This document shows, piece after piece, positions 49,726-59,835 of a stretch of 64,000 bases of DNA; the first letter of the stretch is position 1; every line of letters begins with the position of its first letter. The stretch comes from a virus: positions 47,932 through 111,931 of the IMG/VR virus record IMGVR_UViG_3300025084_000007. One strand, written 5' to 3'. Under the pieces are notes generated by a model. It ran no database searches. It was not told the origin of the DNA and was given only the letters and a program-made list of their open reading frames with translations. The position numbers and the translations under genes were made by a program.

Positions 49726-50622
49726 ATGCCAAACAAACACCTTGAGCACCTAGAGGATTCCATCTTTGATGGTCGTCGGGTTGCTCTTGCTGCTGTCAAG
49801 GAAGCACTGACTGTCAAGAAGGTCAGTGTCAAGTGGGACGGTGCTCCTGCTATCGTGTTCGGTACTAACCCCGCCAATGGTCAGTTCTTTGTGGGCACCA
49901 AGTCTGTATTCAACAAAAAGAAAGTTCTAATCAACTACACCTATGAGGACATTGAGACGAATCATAAAGGGAACGTTGCAGATATCCTTCGTTTATGTTT
50001 GCGTCATCTTCCTCGTATCAGTGGTATTGTCCAAGCTGATTGGATCGGTGTCGGTGGCGGCAGTGTTTATACCCCTAATACTGTGGAGTATCGCTTTTCC
50101 TATTCGGTTGTTCAACAAATTATTCTAGCACCACATACGTCATACACTGAGGTGTCACCTACTGCAGAGGCAAGTATTGGTGTCACTCTACAGTCTACCG
50201 ATAGTGTTCATTTCGTTGATACTAATGATGCAACTGTTGGTGAGTGGTCTGCAGTAAGACTTGCTGCGGAGATTGTTGCTCTGATTCCTTTCTGTAAGGT
50301 TTCTAATAGTGCAGAACTCAAGAAGCATGTCAATACATTCATTCGTATGGGTAAGATACCCAGTGCTGAATTGATGTTCAATGTCTTCAATGCTAAATAT
50401 AAGGGTGAGGTTAATCTGACCACCTTTAAGGTGTGGCATAAAATCTTCCAACTGAAACAGCGTCTACTTGATGCGGTTGTGACTAATGAAAATGTTGAAT
50501 GTTTCATTGACGGTAATCCTTCTTCACATGAAGGGTTTGTTATTCCCTCAAGCAACCCATACAAACTCGTAGATAGACTGACTTTTAGTAAAGCAAACTT
50601 CAACTTAAATAAAAATTGGTAG
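49726..50622 (+). CDS. DUF6267-like protein with ligase-type nucleotidyltransferase motifs
   Basis: HLEHLED, SVKWDGAPA (KxDG), HEGFVI and YKLVDR. Confidence 0.65.
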   Translation: MPNKHLEHLEDSIFDGRRVALAAVKEALTVKKVSVKWDGAPAIVFGTNPANGQFFVGTKSVFNKKKVLINYTYEDIETNHKGNVADILRLCLRHLPRISGIVQADWIGVGGGSVYTPNTVEYRFSYSVVQQIILAPHTSYTEVSPTAEASIGVTLQSTDSVHFVDTNDATVGEWSAVRLAAEIVALIPFCKVSNSAELKKHVNTFIRMGKIPSAELMFNVFNAKYKGEVNLTTFKVWHKIFQLKQRLLDAVVTNENVECFIDGNPSSHEGFVIPSSNPYKLVDRLTFSKANFNLNKNW

Positions 50623-50623
50623 A

Positions 50624-51778
50624 ATGAAAAAGTTCAGTGCTTTTCTAATTGAAGCCGAAAAATCATTTGCAGCAAAAACTGCACAAACATTAAAACTTAA
50701 GCATGTAGGTTACGGTAGATACGCAGACCCTAGCGGGAATGTAACCCACATGTCTAAGGATGGAAAACTAGTACAATTAAAACCTGGCGATGACATCACC
50801 CCGACACAATCCAATGGAGAGGAAGAAACTGGAGACGGCTCGGGTGCGGTCGATCAAGGCACAATATCTATTACATTTGGAAGATTTAATCCACCTACGG
50901 TTGGGCATGAGAAACTTCTAGCAAAAGTAGCTAGAGAGGCAAAGGCAAATGGAGGAGAGTATAGAATATACCCCTCAAGGTCGGAGGATCCTAAAAAGAA
51001 TCCCCTTGACGCAGGAACTAAAATTAAATATATGCGGTTGGCATATCCAGATCACGCGAACGCGATTGTTGACAATGGGGACATGCGTACTATCTTTGAT
51101 GTTCTTACCGCACTCGATACTGACGGGTATAGCAGCGTTAACATTGTGGTGGGAGGTGACAGGGTTAGTGAGTTCAACAGTCTCGCACAGAAATACAACG
51201 GAGAACTATACTCATTCGATGAAATCAAAGTAACCTCTGCAGGAGAAAGAGATCCTGATGCTGAAGGTGTAGAAGGTATGTCTGCATCTAAGATGCGTAA
51301 GGCAGCAGCAGAAGATGACTTCGATTCATTTAGTCAAGGTGTTCCAGAAGGTCTTGGTAAGGATGGTTCTGAAAAATTATTCTTGACATTGCGACAAGCA
51401 ATGAAAGTTGAAGAGTATGGAGACTTTGCTGATGCATCATTCCAGTTACATGAGATTGCACCTAGATTAGATCTTCAGGGTATGCGTGAAGCATACTTTG
51501 ACAATAAAATGTTTGAAGTAGGAACGTTTGTTGAAAATGTGAACACTGGTGTTATTGGTAAAGTTGTCAGTAGAGGTGCTAATTATATTATTTGTATTGA
51601 TGAAAGGGAAACTGTATTTCGCTGTTGGTTAAAGGACTTAGTTGAAAGGAATGATATTAAATTCTTTAACTTTACACCTGCTGGAGAGATGGGTACGGAT
51701 AAACTTGCTAACTATATGAGAAAACTTACTCCAGGTGAATTCATTCGTAAGATAAATAAAAAGGACAAGGACGCTTAG
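50624..51778 (+). CDS. cytidylyltransferase-like (T/HxGH) nucleotidyltransferase
   Basis: FGRFNPPTVGHEKL, VVGGDRV and MSASKMR motifs. Confidence 0.85.
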   Translation: MKKFSAFLIEAEKSFAAKTAQTLKLKHVGYGRYADPSGNVTHMSKDGKLVQLKPGDDITPTQSNGEEETGDGSGAVDQGTISITFGRFNPPTVGHEKLLAKVAREAKANGGEYRIYPSRSEDPKKNPLDAGTKIKYMRLAYPDHANAIVDNGDMRTIFDVLTALDTDGYSSVNIVVGGDRVSEFNSLAQKYNGELYSFDEIKVTSAGERDPDAEGVEGMSASKMRKAAAEDDFDSFSQGVPEGLGKDGSEKLFLTLRQAMKVEEYGDFADASFQLHEIAPRLDLQGMREAYFDNKMFEVGTFVENVNTGVIGKVVSRGANYIICIDERETVFRCWLKDLVERNDIKFFNFTPAGEMGTDKLANYMRKLTPGEFIRKINKKDKDA

Positions 51779-51782
51779 TAAC

Positions 51783-53339
51783 ATGAACCTCAACGAACTT
51801 CCTGATATGTCTGATGCTCTCAGACAAGTATATGAAAAGAAAAATAACGATGGCAATCTTGCCAACAATGCTGTCCCCTACGATAAAGTAACCAAGGCAG
51901 ATATTATTACTGGTGCTAAGGGGAAGGACGAGCAAGGCGGAAAGAAGAAACCCAAAGGGCACGACTGCGCCAAACTTGTCAAGTATGAGGGTAAAGAGTA
52001 TACTGTCATTCCTGAAGCACACACATTGCTGGAAGACGGTACAGTAACTCATTACGATATTGAAGATGATGAGTATATCTACGAGAACGTCCCTGTCGGA
52101 GATCTTGAGATTCTAGAGGAAGGTCATCACGAGCACTTCGTAAATTACGATAAGAATGCTGAGGTTCTTGGTGAAGGAAAATTCACTGGATCTAAGTCTT
52201 CTGTAGACCGCAATTCTACTGCTGATAGTGGTGGTAGAAATGCTGCAGAGCGTCGTAAGGATCGCCGCACTCTTGCCACATACTATGGTGCTGGTGGTAA
52301 GGAAATGGCTATTGACCGCGCTAAGAAAGAGCGTGATGAGAAACGTGCCGCTCGTAAAGAAGCATTTGCATTCTCAGAAGCAGACTTTGCCGAGTTAGAA
52401 ACTCTTGGAGAAGAGATTGATTCACTGACTGATGAGCAACTCGTCGATGTCATGGAAGATATCATTCTTGAGATGGCAGAAGATGATCAAGACTTGATTG
52501 AGATCTGTGAGCATCTTGAGGGTGTTGAGATGCTCTCAGAGGAAGAGCGTGACGCTGGTGCAATGGCACGAGAAAAACTCAACAAGCCTGCTGGTCCTTC
52601 CCGTATGGATCGTCTGAAGAGTGCTGCTAAGAAAGCAGGTTCTAAACTGAAAGCAGGTGCTCAAAAGGCAGGTGCTGCTGCTAAGAAAGGTATCAAGGCA
52701 GCAGGCAAGTCTGCTGTTACTAATGCTGGTAAGGCAGTAGGAACATTCCAAGGTTCTAGAGAAGCAGCACGCATCAAAGCAAAGCGTACATCGATGCAGA
52801 ACACTCCTGCCAAGAAAAAGTCATCTGACGATGATGGCACTGGTGGTAAGTTGGATGGTGTTCTAGACAGCATCAGAAAGTCTAAAGGTACAGGTTCAAG
52901 TTCTAGCAGCAGTTCCGACAGCGGTTCGTCTTCTAGTGGTGGCGGGGAAAGCAGCAGTTCTTCTAGCAGTGCTCCTGCTAAGAAGCCTAGTCTTCTGAGA
53001 AGAGCAGCAGGTGCTGTTGGTAGAGGTCTGAAGAAAGCAGTTGGTAAGACTGCTCGTGCAGTATCAAGTGGCAGTGGCAAACTTGCTTCACGTCTTGGTG
53101 AAGATTATGATCAGATTGCACACTTGTATGAGTCTGGACTCTTCTCTATCGAAGAGATTGAGAATGTAATCGAAGAAGGTTACAAGGAGATTGATCAACC
53201 AAAGAAAAACAAAATGTTCCGTCGTGCAGGAAACCTGTCACGCGATGCATTGCAAGGTGGCGACAAAGGAACCGAGGCACATAAGAAGTCTGGTAAGATT
53301 GTCAAGCAATTGAATAAATTAAACCAGGAGAATAAGTGA
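51783..53339 (+). CDS. modular Lys/Ser-rich protein, putative internal head protein
   Basis: Alternating acidic and basic modules, xxE junctions, Ser tract. Confidence 0.6.
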   Translation: MNLNELPDMSDALRQVYEKKNNDGNLANNAVPYDKVTKADIITGAKGKDEQGGKKKPKGHDCAKLVKYEGKEYTVIPEAHTLLEDGTVTHYDIEDDEYIYENVPVGDLEILEEGHHEHFVNYDKNAEVLGEGKFTGSKSSVDRNSTADSGGRNAAERRKDRRTLATYYGAGGKEMAIDRAKKERDEKRAARKEAFAFSEADFAELETLGEEIDSLTDEQLVDVMEDIILEMAEDDQDLIEICEHLEGVEMLSEEERDAGAMAREKLNKPAGPSRMDRLKSAAKKAGSKLKAGAQKAGAAAKKGIKAAGKSAVTNAGKAVGTFQGSREAARIKAKRTSMQNTPAKKKSSDDDGTGGKLDGVLDSIRKSKGTGSSSSSSSDSGSSSSGGGESSSSSSSAPAKKPSLLRRAAGAVGRGLKKAVGKTARAVSSGSGKLASRLGEDYDQIAHLYESGLFSIEEIENVIEEGYKEIDQPKKNKMFRRAGNLSRDALQGGDKGTEAHKKSGKIVKQLNKLNQENK

Positions 53340-54301
53340 TGTTAAGTTTTAAAGATCTATCTGAAAGAAAAACCAAGGTCAAGATTAATCCCAAACAATC
53401 GGAAATCACTGAAAAGTGTTGCGATAAGACAGGAGAGGAAGAATGTAAGTGTGATGATAAAACACCTGCACAAAAATCAGTTGAAGGTAAAGGTAAAGGC
53501 GCAGTATGCACTAAGTGTAACGGCGCAGGATGTAAGTCCTGTGGCGGCAAAGGTTACATGGATGGCGACTCCGAAGGTGCCGACATGAGCGAAGCGAAAA
53601 AGAAAGACGATTCTTATCTGGAGGTGAACTTCAAGAAACGTCAAGCAAATAATGAGAAAGCTCGTAAAGATATGGACAAAGTTCCATCCCAGAAAAATCC
53701 CCACTTTGAATCTACAGGAGACCAAGCGTATGGCAGTCAAGAAGAAGTTTCAGAAGAAAGCACAGAAGAAGTCGCAGAAACTGAAAATAAATTCTTGACA
53801 TTTGGACAATTTGACGAACTCTATAAGGGTAAGCACGGACAGACTGAGAAGCAGTATCAGGACGGTAGATCTGATGCAGGCAAGATGGTCTCTGGCGACT
53901 CTAAGATGAGTGGATCCAAGTATGCTCAGGGTAGAAGAACTGGTAGTGATGCTGGTCCTCAACCTGCTGGCGGTTCTAAGAAACCAGCAAGTCAGGGTAA
54001 GATGGACAGCGGCAGTCGCACTGATCTAACATTCCGTAAAGCAGCACTCAAGAAGAAAGCAGCAGCGAAGAATGAAGAAGTTGTTAATGAAGAAGATTAT
54101 GATCGCATGAAGGACCGTCGCATGGAGCGTGGTGGAGTTGGTGGTAACCAACGTTACAACAAACCAATTAGTAACACACCCAATACATTTGGTAAGAAAA
54201 AACCAAAGTATGATGGTATGTCTGCCGTCGATAAAGTGAAGGCAAGTATCGAGAAACAGTATGGTAAAGGTGCCATCATTGACACCAAAAAGAAGAAGTA
54301 A
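53336..54301 (+). CDS. modular Lys-rich protein with a CxxCxGxG zinc motif, putative internal head protein
   Basis: MLSFKDLSE N-terminus; CTKCNGAGCKSCGGKG. Confidence 0.6.
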   Translation: MMLSFKDLSERKTKVKINPKQSEITEKCCDKTGEEECKCDDKTPAQKSVEGKGKGAVCTKCNGAGCKSCGGKGYMDGDSEGADMSEAKKKDDSYLEVNFKKRQANNEKARKDMDKVPSQKNPHFESTGDQAYGSQEEVSEESTEEVAETENKFLTFGQFDELYKGKHGQTEKQYQDGRSDAGKMVSGDSKMSGSKYAQGRRTGSDAGPQPAGGSKKPASQGKMDSGSRTDLTFRKAALKKKAAAKNEEVVNEEDYDRMKDRRMERGGVGGNQRYNKPISNTPNTFGKKKPKYDGMSAVDKVKASIEKQYGKGAIIDTKKKK

Positions 54302-54335
54302 GCATATATAGATTAGCACCCTCTAAGTACTAATC

Positions 54336-54536
54336 ATGTTATCTTTTCTATTACCATTAGCATCAAAAATCATTACAGATGCTGTCGCAAAAGTTCCTGA
54401 CAATGAGGAACTTGGTGAGAAACTGGTTGAGATTTGTTTGATCATCCTTAAGAAAGCAGTCACTTTGACTAAGACTGATATGGATGACAAACTTCTTGCA
54501 GTTGTTGAACAAGCAATTAACAACCGCGAAGCATGA
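54336..54536 (+). CDS. small hypothetical protein
   Basis: MLSFLLPLASKII...TKTDMDDKLL. Confidence 0.7.
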   Translation: MLSFLLPLASKIITDAVAKVPDNEELGEKLVEICLIILKKAVTLTKTDMDDKLLAVVEQAINNREA

Positions 54537-54544
54537 CAACCATC

Positions 54545-54569
54545 AGGGGGACTCAAGTCCCCTTTTTTT
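54545..54569 (+). terminator. Rho-independent terminator followed by late promoter TATAAATA
   Basis: AGGGGGAC-TCAA-GTCCCCTT followed by a T run. Confidence 0.8.
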
Positions 54570-54606
54570 ATAAATAAATATATTAGGAATTAATACGGAG
54601 TAACCC

Positions 54607-55227
54607 ATGTCTCTTTACGGGAGAACTGATAGCAACGCAAATAAGACAAAAGCAGGATCTGCCCGTGGTAACGGTGCTGGATCCGCTACCGAGACCGTTG
54701 TGTTTATTGACGCTGCTGAAGCAGCATTGAACGAGAATGCTTCTCGTGGTATCACTGGTCCTGGTTGGTGGTCTTATCGCACCTATACCGATGGTTCTGG
54801 TAACACTCGTCACAAGGCAGAGTGTCTTGCATTCATCAGCAATCCTGATGGCACAGAAAGTCAGGCAGATGACACCATCGCAGCAGACGTTGCATCAGCA
54901 GTAACCATTACTGCACAACCTGCAGCATCTACTAGTTCCTCTGGTGCTGGTACATTCACTCTTAGCACTTCTACTACAGGAACACCTGGTGCTCTTGCTT
55001 ATGTCTGGCAGCGTCAGACTGCAGCAGCAACAACCCGTTGGGTTAACATTGCAGCAGACACCGACACTGGTGTAACCTATGCAGACTTCACTACTGCGAC
55101 TCTGGCATACAGCAGTCTCGGTGATGATTCACTTGACGGTTATAAGTATCGCGTCAAGATCACCTCTGCAGGTGGTACTGAGGAAGTCATCTCTGATGGC
55201 GCAGCAACACTGACCTTCGGCAGCTGA
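54607..55227 (+). CDS. virion protein with C-terminal Ig-like domain
   Basis: TITAQP...YVWQRQ...DGYKYRVKIT...ATLT; late promoter upstream. Confidence 0.7.
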   Translation: MSLYGRTDSNANKTKAGSARGNGAGSATETVVFIDAAEAALNENASRGITGPGWWSYRTYTDGSGNTRHKAECLAFISNPDGTESQADDTIAADVASAVTITAQPAASTSSSGAGTFTLSTSTTGTPGALAYVWQRQTAAATTRWVNIAADTDTGVTYADFTTATLAYSSLGDDSLDGYKYRVKITSAGGTEEVISDGAATLTFGS

Positions 55228-55230
55228 TAA

Positions 55231-55593
55231 ATGAAATTTGACGAATTGAATGAGTCTAACTACATTCTGTTCGCCATAAAGCATTATGAGAATCCTGCTT
55301 GTGTAACGAGAGAGGATTTTGATGAAGACATTAAACGCTTCAAGTATCTGAAAAGACTCTTGAAGCGTTATGTGCGTGGAGGGTCATTAAGAACCCACCT
55401 AGTTATTAATCATCTTATTATTCTTTATAATGTTTTTGGTGAAGCAGCAACGCCCTTATTATTTTTTAAACTTGAAAGGGAGTATTGGAGTATTTTGAAA
55501 ACTGTACTACTTTACTTGAATAAATATCCTATAGGGATGCTTCCAACTCTGGAAGTAGATGATGATCTTACAGAAGAGTTAGAAATGCTATGA
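55231..55593 (+). CDS. conserved T4-like hypothetical protein
   Basis: FAIKHYENP.C...DIKRFKYLKRLL...NHLIILYNVFG. Confidence 0.8.
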   Translation: MKFDELNESNYILFAIKHYENPACVTREDFDEDIKRFKYLKRLLKRYVRGGSLRTHLVINHLIILYNVFGEAATPLLFFKLEREYWSILKTVLLYLNKYPIGMLPTLEVDDDLTEELEML

Positions 55594-56144
55594 ACGAAGA
55601 AATGATGACAACTGGTTTCACTGGTGCGGATGCTGCTAAAGGTCCCACTGCTGGATATGATCCCGTCTTAAAGTTTCGTAGTAAGTTAAAAAAGAAAAGC
55701 AAAGAAGATAAGAAACTTGTAATGCCTGGTAACAAACTAGGCGAGTCAACAGAAAATCCTTCTACGCCTACCAGACTTTTCCAGTATAAAGTCACTATCC
55801 CTGAAGTCGGTGAGACTATTGTCTATGCAAGTTCTCCTGCAGAACTCAGACAAAAAATGCGTTTATTGATAAACTATCGTTATAGAGGTGACGTTAAGAT
55901 TGAAAGAATCATGCCTGCTAATGCTGGTAAATTCTTTATGGATAAGAGAATGAATCATCTTAGAAACGTAAAAGAAAATGTTGACAAGCAAATGCAGCAG
56001 CAAATGACGCAGCAGCAAATTGCTAACGAAAAGAAAAAAGTCAATATGAAAATTAAGGAGTTGCAAAGTCAACTTCAAAAGAAAACTGCATCCTTGAAAT
56101 TAAAAGCAAGGGCAGGTGGCGCACAAGCAACTGTAGATAGGTAG
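55590..56144 (+). CDS. hypothetical protein
   Basis: GFTGADAAKGPTAGYDP; coiled-coil C-terminus. Confidence 0.65.
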   Translation: MNEEMMTTGFTGADAAKGPTAGYDPVLKFRSKLKKKSKEDKKLVMPGNKLGESTENPSTPTRLFQYKVTIPEVGETIVYASSPAELRQKMRLLINYRYRGDVKIERIMPANAGKFFMDKRMNHLRNVKENVDKQMQQQMTQQQIANEKKKVNMKIKELQSQLQKKTASLKLKARAGGAQATVDR

Positions 56145-56146
56145 CT

Positions 56147-56521
56147 ATGGATTCTGAATTGAATACAGCGATTATTGAAAGGTTAGAAAAAGTTGTAGAT
56201 ACCCTACAAGATAACTCTATACAAATGGGCAAACTGCTTGCTGTCCATAATGAAAAATTAGACAAGCAAGATAAAGTTGATGCAATTCTGTTTGAAAAGT
56301 TAGACAGATTGTCTTCAGATCTTAACAGAGAAACACTTGCAATCAAGAAGGGATGTGAAAGAGACATCCGTCTTATTGATGATAGACTTAGAGTACTAGA
56401 AAAGAAGATGTGGAGCATTGCAGGCGCATTGGCAATGATTAGTATCTTCATCTCCCCACTTGGACAAAGACTTGTTCAAGGGGTCTTGACACCACCACCA
56501 GCAGCAGTTAGAATGCAATAG
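56147..56521 (+). CDS. coiled-coil protein with C-terminal TM segment
   Basis: LLAVHNEKL...RLRVLEKKMWSIAGALAMISIFI. Confidence 0.7.
   Translation: MDSELNTAIIERLEKVVDTLQDNSIQMGKLLAVHNEKLDKQDKVDAILFEKLDRLSSDLNRETLAIKKGCERDIRLIDDRLRVLEKKMWSIAGALAMISIFISPLGQRLVQGVLTPPPAAVRMQ
56486..56514 (+). promoter_or_regulatory. sigma70-like promoter for primase
   Basis: TTGACA-N17-TAGAAT. Confidence 0.65.
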
Positions 56522-56539
56522 TTCCACAGCGTCTAAAAG

Positions 56540-57538
56540 TTGTCTGAATTTGTTGATTCTTATTATGTAACTCTGCTTTCGGGACGACTGGAAAAGTTTG
56601 CTCGCAAGAAGGCAGACCTTTATAACTTTCGCTGTCCCTACTGTGGTGACTCTCAGAAGCATCGTAACAAGGCACGAGGGTACTTCTTTCGTATCAAGAC
56701 AGATATGGTCTTCAAGTGCCATAACTGTGGCGTAGGAAGGACGCTACCAAATTTTCTGAAAGACAATGCACCCGATCTCTATGATGAATATATCATGGAG
56801 AGGTACAAGTCTGGAACAACGGGCAAGGGTTCATTTGTTCCTAAACCAAAACTAACTCAGTTTGAAAAACCGAAGTTCAAAAAGAAAGGAGAACTTCAAA
56901 GTATCAAAGAACTAAATAATGAACACCCTGCAGTTGGATACCTTCTTGGTCGTAAAATTCCTGAGAAATATTTCTCGGATTTGTTTTACACTGACAAGTT
57001 TTGCACCTGGGTAAACACACAGAAACCAACGTTCAAAGATGTCAAAAAGGATCACCCCAGAATTATTATCCCTTTCATTGACACAGATGGAACTTGGTTC
57101 GGATTTCAAGGAAGGTCCGTTGTAGCAGACGATAAGTTGAGATACATCACTATCATGCTGGACGAATCTAAAACTAAAATCTTTGGTCTTAATAGAATAG
57201 ATTTCAACAAGACCATATACATTACAGAAGGACCGTTTGATAGTTTGTACATTGACAATGCAATTGCTATGGCAGGAGCAGATGTTGATTGGGGATTATT
57301 GCAAGACAAAGAAGTCGTTTTCGTCTATGATAATGAGCAGCGTAACAAAGAGATCATTGCTCGTATGCAAAAAGTCATCGACAAAGGATATGAGATTGTC
57401 ATCTGGCCAAAAAATCTAGAGGATAAAGATCTGAATGATATGTTTATTGCTGGACATGACGTCCAATCTCTAGTAGAATTCAACACTTACAGCGGACTAC
57501 AAGCACAGATTAAACTAAGCGAATGGAAAAAAGTATGA
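56540..57538 (+). CDS. gp61: DNA primase gp61 (TTG start)
   Basis: Zinc finger CPYCGDS...CHNC; TOPRIM TEGPFDS, YDNE, KDLND. Confidence 0.95.
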   Translation: MSEFVDSYYVTLLSGRLEKFARKKADLYNFRCPYCGDSQKHRNKARGYFFRIKTDMVFKCHNCGVGRTLPNFLKDNAPDLYDEYIMERYKSGTTGKGSFVPKPKLTQFEKPKFKKKGELQSIKELNNEHPAVGYLLGRKIPEKYFSDLFYTDKFCTWVNTQKPTFKDVKKDHPRIIIPFIDTDGTWFGFQGRSVVADDKLRYITIMLDESKTKIFGLNRIDFNKTIYITEGPFDSLYIDNAIAMAGADVDWGLLQDKEVVFVYDNEQRNKEIIARMQKVIDKGYEIVIWPKNLEDKDLNDMFIAGHDVQSLVEFNTYSGLQAQIKLSEWKKV

Positions 57539-59835
57539 AAGAAATCCAGGTAATCAAGAGAGATGGGGTTAGTGAACCTCTGAATCTTGATAAAATTCAT
57601 GTGATGGTAGAGCACGCTTGCAATGGACTTGCTGGTGTGTCTGAGTCTCAGGTAGAAATGAATGCCAATCTTCAATTTTTTGATGGCATTAAGACTTCGG
57701 ATATTCAAGAAATCTTGATTCGTTCTGCTAATGATCTTATCTCATTGGATGCCCCTAACTATCAGTTTGTTGCTGCTAGACTTCTGTTGTTTAGTCTGAG
57801 GAAGGCAGTGTACAATGGTCATCCTGATGGACACCCTCCTTTGTTGGAGCATGTAGAGAAGTGTGTGTCTAGAAAAGTTTATGATGCATCTATCGTTAAA
57901 AAATATACAGAACAAGAGTGGGAGAAACTGTCCAGTTATATGGATCATGAACGGGATTTTCTGTTCACTTATGCTGGAGCACGACAGGTTGTAGATAAAT
58001 ACCTAGTGCAGGATCGCAGCACTGGGAAAATTTTTGAAACACCCCAGTACATGTATATGATGATTGCTGCTACGTTGTTTCAAGACGACGATAAGTTCTA
58101 TAGATTGGAATATATTAAAAAGTACTATGACGCAATCTCAAAACACCGAATCAACATTCCCACACCTGTCATGGCAGGGGTGCGAACTCCACTTCGACAA
58201 TTTGCTAGCTGTGTTCTTGTTGATGTCGATGACACCCTCGATAGCATCTTTTCTAGTGACATGGCGATTGGCTACTATGTTGCTCAGCGTGCAGGAATCG
58301 GTATCAACGCAGGCAGAATCCGTGGCATCAACGCTAAAATCAGAGACGGAGAAGTACAGCACACAGGTGTTGTTCCATTCCTCAAAAAGTTTGAAAGCAC
58401 TGTCAGATGCTGTACTCAAAATGGCATTCGCGGTGGATCGGCTACAGTACACTTCCCAATCTGGCACCAAGAAATAGAAGACATTATTGTTCTTAAGAAC
58501 AATAAAGGAACAGAAGACAATCGAGTGAGGAAACTTGACTACTCAATCCAAATTTCAAAACTTTTCTACGAGCGTTTCATCCAGAATGGAGAGATTAGCT
58601 TATTCTCACCGCATGATGTACCAGGTCTCTATGATGCTTTTGGTACTGATACATTTGACGCTCGCTATGTGGACTATGAATCAGATCAGTCTATTCCAAG
58701 AAAGACTATCGGGGCACAAGAACTTTTTCTCAGCATCCTAAAGGAGCGAGCAGAGACAGGTCGTCTCTATCTGATGAACATCGACCACTGTAATTCACAC
58801 TCGTCCTTCAAGGACAAGGTGAACATGAGTAACTTGTGTCAAGAGATCACCCTACCTACTGATCCTATTGGTCATATTGATGATCCTAAAGGTGAGATTG
58901 CTTTGTGCATTCTGTCTGCTATTAACGTCGGTAAACTGAAGAGTCTGGATGAACTGGATGACCTCTGTGACCTCGCTGTAAGGGGTCTGGATGCTCTGAT
59001 TGACTACCAGGAGTATCCTGTTGAGGCAGCAAAGCAGAGCACCGTTAACCGTCGTTCTCTGGGTGTTGGTTACATTGGTCTTGCACATTACCTGGCAAAG
59101 AATGGTGCATCATATGACAGTAACAAGGCACATGATCTAGTGCATAAACTCACTGAGAGGTTCCAATACGCTCTTCTATCAGCGTCGAATAGTCTTGCGA
59201 TGGAGAAGGGACCTTGCGGATATTTTGGTAAAACAAAATACTCAGATGGAATTCTTCCAATCGATACATATAAGAACGAAGTTGATGAGATTGTACCGAA
59301 TGATCTACAGTGTGATTGGGAGTTTCTTAGAGGTCGGATCCAAAAGTACGGTCTTAGGAACTCAACACTGTCCGCACAAATGCCTTCGGAGAGCAGCTCC
59401 GTTGTGTCAAACGCAACCAATGGAATCGAGCCGCCTCGTGCATTCTTGTCCATTAAGAAGTCCAAAAAAGGACCTCTTAAGCAGATTGTTCCCCAGTACA
59501 CTACCCTGAAGAACAACTACACCCTGCTTTGGGACATGCCTAATAATGATGGATACATTAAAGTGACTGCAGTAATGCAGAAGTTTTTTGATCAGGCAAT
59601 CAGTGGTAACTGGTCTTATAACCCAGAGAATTATCCTGATAATGAAGTACCTGTTTCTGTCATGGCAAACGATCTTCTTAATACCTACAAGTATGGATGG
59701 AAGACTTCTTATTATCAGAACACATATGATGCTAAGAAAGATGGTGATGAAGAACCATCGATTGAGAATGTTGACAACTTAATAACCGATCTGTTAGAAT
59801 CCGAGGAGGAAGACTGTGAGTCCTGCAAAATCTGA
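57535..59835 (+). CDS. nrdA: class Ia ribonucleotide reductase alpha subunit
   Basis: ATP cone VIKRDG, FASCVL, SNLCQEI, C-terminal CESCKI. Confidence 0.98.
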   Translation: MKEIQVIKRDGVSEPLNLDKIHVMVEHACNGLAGVSESQVEMNANLQFFDGIKTSDIQEILIRSANDLISLDAPNYQFVAARLLLFSLRKAVYNGHPDGHPPLLEHVEKCVSRKVYDASIVKKYTEQEWEKLSSYMDHERDFLFTYAGARQVVDKYLVQDRSTGKIFETPQYMYMMIAATLFQDDDKFYRLEYIKKYYDAISKHRINIPTPVMAGVRTPLRQFASCVLVDVDDTLDSIFSSDMAIGYYVAQRAGIGINAGRIRGINAKIRDGEVQHTGVVPFLKKFESTVRCCTQNGIRGGSATVHFPIWHQEIEDIIVLKNNKGTEDNRVRKLDYSIQISKLFYERFIQNGEISLFSPHDVPGLYDAFGTDTFDARYVDYESDQSIPRKTIGAQELFLSILKERAETGRLYLMNIDHCNSHSSFKDKVNMSNLCQEITLPTDPIGHIDDPKGEIALCILSAINVGKLKSLDELDDLCDLAVRGLDALIDYQEYPVEAAKQSTVNRRSLGVGYIGLAHYLAKNGASYDSNKAHDLVHKLTERFQYALLSASNSLAMEKGPCGYFGKTKYSDGILPIDTYKNEVDEIVPNDLQCDWEFLRGRIQKYGLRNSTLSAQMPSESSSVVSNATNGIEPPRAFLSIKKSKKGPLKQIVPQYTTLKNNYTLLWDMPNNDGYIKVTAVMQKFFDQAISGNWSYNPENYPDNEVPVSVMANDLLNTYKYGWKTSYYQNTYDAKKDGDEEPSIENVDNLITDLLESEEEDCESCKI

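Noticed and set aside
52895-52975. Ser-rich low-complexity tract
   Set aside because: It is a coding linker with mixed codons, not a DNA repeat element.
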